Below, one piece after another: positions 49,521 to 54,185 of a stretch of DNA of 54,185 nucleotides. The DNA is taken from the NCBI GenBank assembly GCA_029858565.1, contig JAOUEV010000018.1:1-54185 (forward strand), written 5' to 3'. Within the stretch, counting starts at the first letter, position 1, and each line of letters starts with the position of its first letter. A program made the translations under genes and the position numbers. This stretch comes from Nitrospirota bacterium (lineage in GTDB: Bacteria > Nitrospirota > UBA9217). The notes beneath the pieces are model-generated. The model did not search any database. It was not told where the DNA came from and was given only the letters and a program-made list of their open reading frames with translations.

Positions 49521-51098
49521 ATGTCAGAACAGGTGAAAGTGGCGAAAGCCGCGGGGATCGTCGGCGCGGCAACGCTGGCCTCGCGGATCATGGGGTATAT
49601 CCGGGACATGGTCATGTCCTGGGCCTTCGGGACCTCGGCAGCGGCAGATGCCTTCTATGTCGCCTATCGCATTCCCAACCTGCTCCGGGAACTGCTCGCC
49701 GAGGGGTCCATGTCCGCGGCCTTTATCCCGGTGTTCACCGAGACCCTCACCAGGGACGGCAGGGAGAAAGCACATCAGCTCGCGAACGCGGTCTTTGCCC
49801 GCCTGATGGTCATCCTGGCGGTGCTGACCGTGCTCGGCATCATCTTCGCGCCCCAGATCATCAGAACGATCGCCTGGGGCTGGAAGGCCGGGGCGCATCA
49901 GGACGCATTCCAGAGCGCGGTGCTGCTGACCCGGGTGATGTTCCCCTATCTGCTGTTCATCGGCCTGGCCGCCCTTGCCATGGGCATGCTGAACTCCCTC
50001 CGGTCCTTTCTCATGCCCGCGCTCTCGCCGGTGATGCTGAACATCTTCACCATCAGCGGCGTGGTATTCCTGGCTCCGCACATGCCCTCGCCGATCCAGG
50101 GAGCGGCTGTGGGAGTGGTGCTGGGAGGATTGTTCCAGTTCCTGATCCAGGTGCCGGGCCTGCGGAAAGAAGGGATGATGCTGCGGCCGGTCTTTTCTCC
50201 GAGCCATCCCGGCGTGGCCACGGTCGGCAGGCTTGCGGCGCCGATCTTTCTCAGCTCCTCGGTCACCCAGATCAATATCTTCATCGGCACGGTCCTGGCG
50301 TCCTTCCTCGCCACCGGGAGCATCACCTACCTTTTCTACGGCATGCGGTTCATCCATTTCCCGCTCGGCATCTTCGGTGTTGCTGTTGCAACGGCCATTC
50401 TTCCGACCCTTTCGACCCATGCGGCAAAGCAGGAAATGGAGGAGTTCCGGGATACGCTTTCCCTGGGCCTCAGGCTCGTGTTCTTCATCATGTTCCCGGC
50501 CATGGCAGGCCTCATCACGCTGGCGGTGCCGATCGTGAACCTGCTGCTGGAGCGCGGCGAGTTCAACCGCATGTCCACCCTGGGAACCGCATCGGCGCTG
50601 CTCTATTACGCCGTGGGACTCTGGGCCTTCGCCGGCGTCAGGATCGTGGCGCAGGCATTCTATTCGCTCCAGGACACCAGGACGCCGGTAAAGGTCGCGG
50701 TGCTGGCGCTCTTCACGAACATCGCGCTCAGCACGGTCTTCATCCTCTGGACCCCCCTTCAGCACGGAGGGCTGGCGCTCGCGACGTCGATCGCCGCGAT
50801 GGTGAACGTGGGGCTCTTGACCGTGGCGCTCCGGGAAAAGATCGGCCGCATGGACGGCAGGCGCATTTTCCTGTCCCTGGCGAAGATCGTTCCGGCTTCC
50901 GTTGCCATGGGCGTCATCGGCTGGCGGATCAGCCGGATGCCGATGTGGGAATCGCCGGGGAACAACCTGGTGAAGACGGAGCTGCTCGTTGGCGGGATAG
51001 CAGCGAGCGTGATCTTCTATCTCGGTGCGATGTGGCTTTTGAAGAGCGAAGAACTGGCATTCCTGTGGGGGATCGTGAAGAGACGAAGGAAGAAATAA
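49521..51098 (+). CDS. murJ: lipid II flippase MurJ
   Basis: SRIMGYIRD, DAFYVAYRIPNLLRELLAEG and FYSLQDTRTP motifs; divergent from rpsT. Confidence 0.95.
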   Translation: MSEQVKVAKAAGIVGAATLASRIMGYIRDMVMSWAFGTSAAADAFYVAYRIPNLLRELLAEGSMSAAFIPVFTETLTRDGREKAHQLANAVFARLMVILAVLTVLGIIFAPQIIRTIAWGWKAGAHQDAFQSAVLLTRVMFPYLLFIGLAALAMGMLNSLRSFLMPALSPVMLNIFTISGVVFLAPHMPSPIQGAAVGVVLGGLFQFLIQVPGLRKEGMMLRPVFSPSHPGVATVGRLAAPIFLSSSVTQINIFIGTVLASFLATGSITYLFYGMRFIHFPLGIFGVAVATAILPTLSTHAAKQEMEEFRDTLSLGLRLVFFIMFPAMAGLITLAVPIVNLLLERGEFNRMSTLGTASALLYYAVGLWAFAGVRIVAQAFYSLQDTRTPVKVAVLALFTNIALSTVFILWTPLQHGGLALATSIAAMVNVGLLTVALREKIGRMDGRRIFLSLAKIVPASVAMGVIGWRISRMPMWESPGNNLVKTELLVGGIAASVIFYLGAMWLLKSEELAFLWGIVKRRRKK

Positions 51099-51132
51099 AG
51101 GAGTGCGAAGTGCGAAGTGCGGAGTGCGGAGC
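51098..51132 (+). repeat. 7-nt-period repeats (GCGRAGT-like x4-5)
   Basis: aaggagt gcgaagt gcgaagt gcggagt gcggagc. Confidence 0.85.
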
Positions 51133-51145
51133 AAGGACCAAGATC

Positions 51146-51649
51146 ATGCATACACCGTTCGGCTGGGCCGGGGCGGCAGCGTCGGACAAAGGCGTTGTCG
51201 CGATCATCCTTCCGAGGAAGTCCAAAGCCGCGGTCGCGCGTGAACTGGAGAACGCTACATGCCGGCCCGAAGCTGGTGGTGCTGTTGCTGAAAGGCTGCT
51301 CGCGAAAGTCGTGAAGCAGCTGGAGCGTTATTTCAAGGATCGTTCGATGACCGGTGATCTCCCGCTCGATCTTCATGGACATACGCCGTTTCAGCAGGCT
51401 GTTTGGAAGGCCGCTGCCGAGATACCTTGTGGTGAAACGCGGTCCTATGCGTGGATCGCGAAGCGCATCAAAAGACCGAAAGCGGCGCGGGCTGTTGGAC
51501 AGGCAATGGGAGCCAATCCCGTGCCGTTGCTCATACCCTGACACCGGGTCATCAGCTCAGCCGGGTCGCTGGGCGGGTTCGCGGGGGGATTGGAATTGAA
51601 GAAGAAGCTGCTGGAATGGGAAGGGATAAAAGTTATTCATTGCGGCTAA
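51146..51649 (+). CDS. ogt: methylated-DNA--protein alkyltransferase (Ogt) with predicted selenocysteine at the active site (PUHR)
   Basis: TPFQQAVW, IPCGETRSY, ARAVGQAMGANPVPLLIP-TGA(51539-51541)-HRVISSAGSLGGFAGGLELKKKLLEWE; SECIS-like hairpin at 51555-51574. Confidence 0.85.
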
Positions 51650-51676
51650 TAATTGGCAGTTCTCAGTAAAAGCTGA

Positions 51677-51965
51677 TATCCCTTCTGAATGTTTGTCACC
51701 TTTCTTGCGTGCCCAAGAAAGGTGACCCAAATCCCTGGCGACATATGATCCCGGCAAAGCCGGGTTAAGGTCAGTCGCCGGGAGGTCGCGTTATAAGGAG
51801 CCCGCGGCTCTTGCTGACGGTCCTCCTCGAAGGGCACCCGGCGAAAATCCTTTACGGCAGACTCGGTCGTCCTCGGTACATTTCGGAAACTCGCCCTGCG
51901 GGCTCAGACATCCGAAATGTTTAACCCTCGTCCTCGGTCGTCTGCCTGGATTTTCGCATGGGATA
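51677..51965 (-). ncRNA. structured non-coding element (repeat or RNA-like) with a nested 97-nt insert
   Basis: Multiple perfect stems: 51695-51707/51714-51726, 51841-50/51948-57, 51856-62/51940-46, 51878-87/51911-20. Strand is inferred. Confidence 0.5.
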
Positions 51966-52014
51966 ATAAACAGTCAAAAACAAAATCAGGCAGGAAAGTA
52001 TTGCCTGTCGCTTA

Positions 52015-52042
52015 CTCTGCGTCTTTGCGTCTTTGCGCGAGA
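52015..52042 (+). repeat. octamer repeat (CTYTGCGY)x3 followed by GAGA
   Basis: ctctgcgt ctttgcgt ctttgcgc gaga. Confidence 0.7.
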
Positions 52043-52148
52043 CAAAGTTTGCTTTTTAACGGGCGGGAGTGCAATGTTTAAGAGAACGATCTGCATCTTC
52101 GCGCTTGTTATTTTGATCCCAAACTGTACACGAACAGGAAAGATTACC

Positions 52149-52784
52149 ATGCAATTAATGAGAATCGTTGTGGGCCCCCTGCAGGTGAACTGCTACATCG
52201 TTTTCGACGAGAAGACAAAGGAGGCGGTAGTGATCGATCCGGGCGACGACGGGCCGAAGATCCTTTATGCGGTCAAGGACAAGGGGCTCAAGGTCAAGTA
52301 CATCGTCAACACCCATGCCCATTTCGACCATGTAGGCGCGAACCAGGAGATCAAGGACGCAACCGGCGCGGAGCTGGTCATCCACCAGGAGGACGACAAA
52401 CTGCTGGGGAATACGGCGGGCCAGGCGCGGATGTTCGGCATGACCGCGAACTCGTCTCCCAAGGCGGACCGGTATGTGAAGCACGGGGACATCCTGACAG
52501 CCGGCAGCGTCAAGCTCAAGGTCCTGCATACGCCGGGCCACTCGTCCGGCGGGATCTCTCTTGCCGGCGACGGCGTGGTGTTCACCGGCGATGCGCTCTT
52601 TGCCGGTTCCATCGGCAGGACAGACCTCTTCGGCGGCGATATGACGACGCTCATCACCGCGATCCGGGAGCATCTCATGACCCTGCCGGACGAGACCATC
52701 GTCCTTTCCGGCCATGGTCCGGACTCGACCATCGGCGAGGAACGGGCCGAAAATCCCTACCTGAACAGCAGGTCGGGGTTCTGA
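52149..52784 (+). CDS. MBL-fold metallo-hydrolase (glyoxalase II-like, YcbL/GloC family)
   Basis: THAHFDHVG, HTPGHS, FTGDALFAGSIGRTD and GHG motifs. Confidence 0.9.
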   Translation: MQLMRIVVGPLQVNCYIVFDEKTKEAVVIDPGDDGPKILYAVKDKGLKVKYIVNTHAHFDHVGANQEIKDATGAELVIHQEDDKLLGNTAGQARMFGMTANSSPKADRYVKHGDILTAGSVKLKVLHTPGHSSGGISLAGDGVVFTGDALFAGSIGRTDLFGGDMTTLITAIREHLMTLPDETIVLSGHGPDSTIGEERAENPYLNSRSGF

Positions 52785-52888
52785 GGATGATGGTCTGTTG
52801 CCGCTAGCCCCGCCCTGATGTCCCTATTGCTGTCGGTACTTGTTGTCTCACTCCCCATGTCCGTCGTTCTATTCCTGCAATATCTTGC

Positions 52889-52917
52889 TTGACAAAAATA
52901 ATCGGTTAAAGCATAAT
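52889..52917 (+). promoter_or_regulatory. putative sigma70 promoter
   Basis: TTGACA-N17-CATAAT. Confidence 0.6.
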
Positions 52918-53093
52918 CGTGCCGTACTCTCGCCGATGCGCAGAAACTCCATCTTTAATTACGAGAAGCAGACAATATAGCTGAACATACTCACAGAATA
53001 TCCTTCGGGATAAGCCGGTTGAGGCGGTTAATCTTACTTTATCATCCGTACTTCTCAATTCAATTTTGATAGGGACCGTCCGAGGAGGCGATT

Positions 53094-54185
53094 GTGCATC
53101 ACGAATGGTGTCTATTCTTTCTGGTCGTCGGTGTCATCGTCCTGTTCATTCGCTCTATCAACATACGACGCGATCTGGAACGTCACGTCGAGGAGCTCAA
53201 ACGGGAGATCTCGGAGCTGAGGATGGCCGTTGCCGCACCGCGGCGGGAAAGCGCGGCGGAGCGGGTCGAGGCGATGAAGAGACCGACCGTCGCACCGGTC
53301 CCGCGCGTTGACCAGGCGCCTCCGCCTCCTGCGGTCCCGCCCGCATCTCCAATACCTCCCGCGACTCCCGTTCCTCCGGCGCAGGCCATGCCTCCAGCGC
53401 CGCCCGAACCGCCCAGGGAAACGATACCTCAGAAGCCGGTCACCCTGCCGCCCTCGCGCGCTCCGTTGCAGACGCCTGTCCCCGCGTCAGCGGCGGACAC
53501 GGTCCGTGCGACGGTTCCCGCGGCGCCGGCGCCCGCGGCTCCCTCCGGTCCGAGCCTGTTGGACCGCTGGGAGCAGTTCAAGGCGAACGTGGACTGGGAG
53601 CTGTTCACGGGCGTCAAGCTCTTCGCCTGGCTGGGCGCGCTGGCCCTGTTTATCGGCGCAGGCTTCTTTGTCAAGTATTCCATAGACCGTAACCTCATAC
53701 CGCCCGCGCTCCGGCTGGCCGTGAGCGCCGTGATCGGCCTGGCGCTTATTATCGGTTCGAGCCGCATCAATCGCGAACGGTTCACGGTGCTGCGCCACAC
53801 CCTGGGAGCCGGCGGCATCGGCGTACTCTACAGCGTCGTGTTCGCGGCCACGCTCTACTATCATTACCTGTCCAATCCCGTAGGCTTCGGCCTGCTGACA
53901 GTCGTATCCGCGACCGCCTTTGTGCTGGCCGTCTATCTCCGCGGCATCCCCATCTCAATGCTCGGCGCGCTCGGCGCATATCTCACGCCCATCCTGGTAA
54001 GTACCGGCCAGGGCAGCCTCATGGGTCTCTTCGTCTACCTCGCTGTGGTGAATGTCGGACTGTTCCAGGTAGTGCGGCGTCTCAGTTCGGCGCTCCTCTT
54101 GTTCATCGCCACCGTGGGAACGCTCGCCACGCTCTTCCTCGCAGCCTTCTCCGGCCGCATCCATCCCGAGAGCATCGTGATCGCC
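53094..54185 (+). CDS. DUF2339 family membrane protein (partial, runs off the window end)
   Basis: GTG after gaggagg; TM, coiled coil, Pro-rich linker, then WELFTGVKLFAWLGALALFIGAGFFVKY...PALR and GAYLTPILVSTG. Confidence 0.85.
   Translation, partial: MHHEWCLFFLVVGVIVLFIRSINIRRDLERHVEELKREISELRMAVAAPRRESAAERVEAMKRPTVAPVPRVDQAPPPPAVPPASPIPPATPVPPAQAMPPAPPEPPRETIPQKPVTLPPSRAPLQTPVPASAADTVRATVPAAPAPAAPSGPSLLDRWEQFKANVDWELFTGVKLFAWLGALALFIGAGFFVKYSIDRNLIPPALRLAVSAVIGLALIIGSSRINRERFTVLRHTLGAGGIGVLYSVVFAATLYYHYLSNPVGFGLLTVVSATAFVLAVYLRGIPISMLGALGAYLTPILVSTGQGSLMGLFVYLAVVNVGLFQVVRRLSSALLLFIATVGTLATLFLAAFSGRIHPESIVIA

Noticed and set aside
36496-51649. fdnG, the DsbA-like gene and ogt as pseudogenes with nonsense mutations
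   Set aside because: All three stops are TGA, each falls exactly on the catalytic Cys/Sec position, the frames are intact on both sides, and each has a downstream hairpin.
51732-51828. Hammerhead or twister ribozyme in the nested insert
   Set aside because: The required cores (CUGAnGA...GAAA...NUH, or the twister consensus) are not identifiable on either strand by eye.

Overview
A GC-rich bacterial window that resembles anaerobic Nitrospirota or deltaproteobacteria; this taxonomy is a guess from gene content. (1) Bases 1-36.2 kb are bracketed by an identical 103-bp direct repeat, the sequence just downstream of acs, and are dominated by salt and osmotic stress genes. These include a multi-MrpD Mrp Na+/H+ antiporter operon, a CaCA antiporter, UPF0182, MscS and a CLC-CBS channel with atypical anion-site residues. 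Two trehalose routes (TreT with DUF5752/OrfY, and fused OtsAB) and two probable glucosylglycerate routes (GpgS/GpgP, and a Ggs-like enzyme with glycerate kinase) are present. A ~6 kb accessory block interrupts this region: a sigma-54-type promoter, an HMA protein, an exosortase with its Calx-beta substrate, and divergent marR/pal. (2) Next come acs, a Tat-exported selenocysteine formate dehydrogenase with an NrfD/HybB-type anchor, a UxxC DsbA-like selenoprotein and a diheme peroxidase. (3) The last part is core synteny: leuS-lptE-holA-rpsT-murJ, then ogt, an MBL hydrolase and a partial DUF2339 gene. Three genes that the ORF track splits are in-frame UGA (Sec) readthrough candidates, each with a SECIS-like hairpin: fdhA, the DsbA-like gene and the DNA-repair alkyltransferase ogt (PUHR in place of PCHR). 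A ~290-nt structured non-coding element after ogt appears to hold a pseudoknot/triplex interrupted by a nested 97-nt insert. No rRNA, tRNA, CRISPR array, integrase or transposase was recognised.
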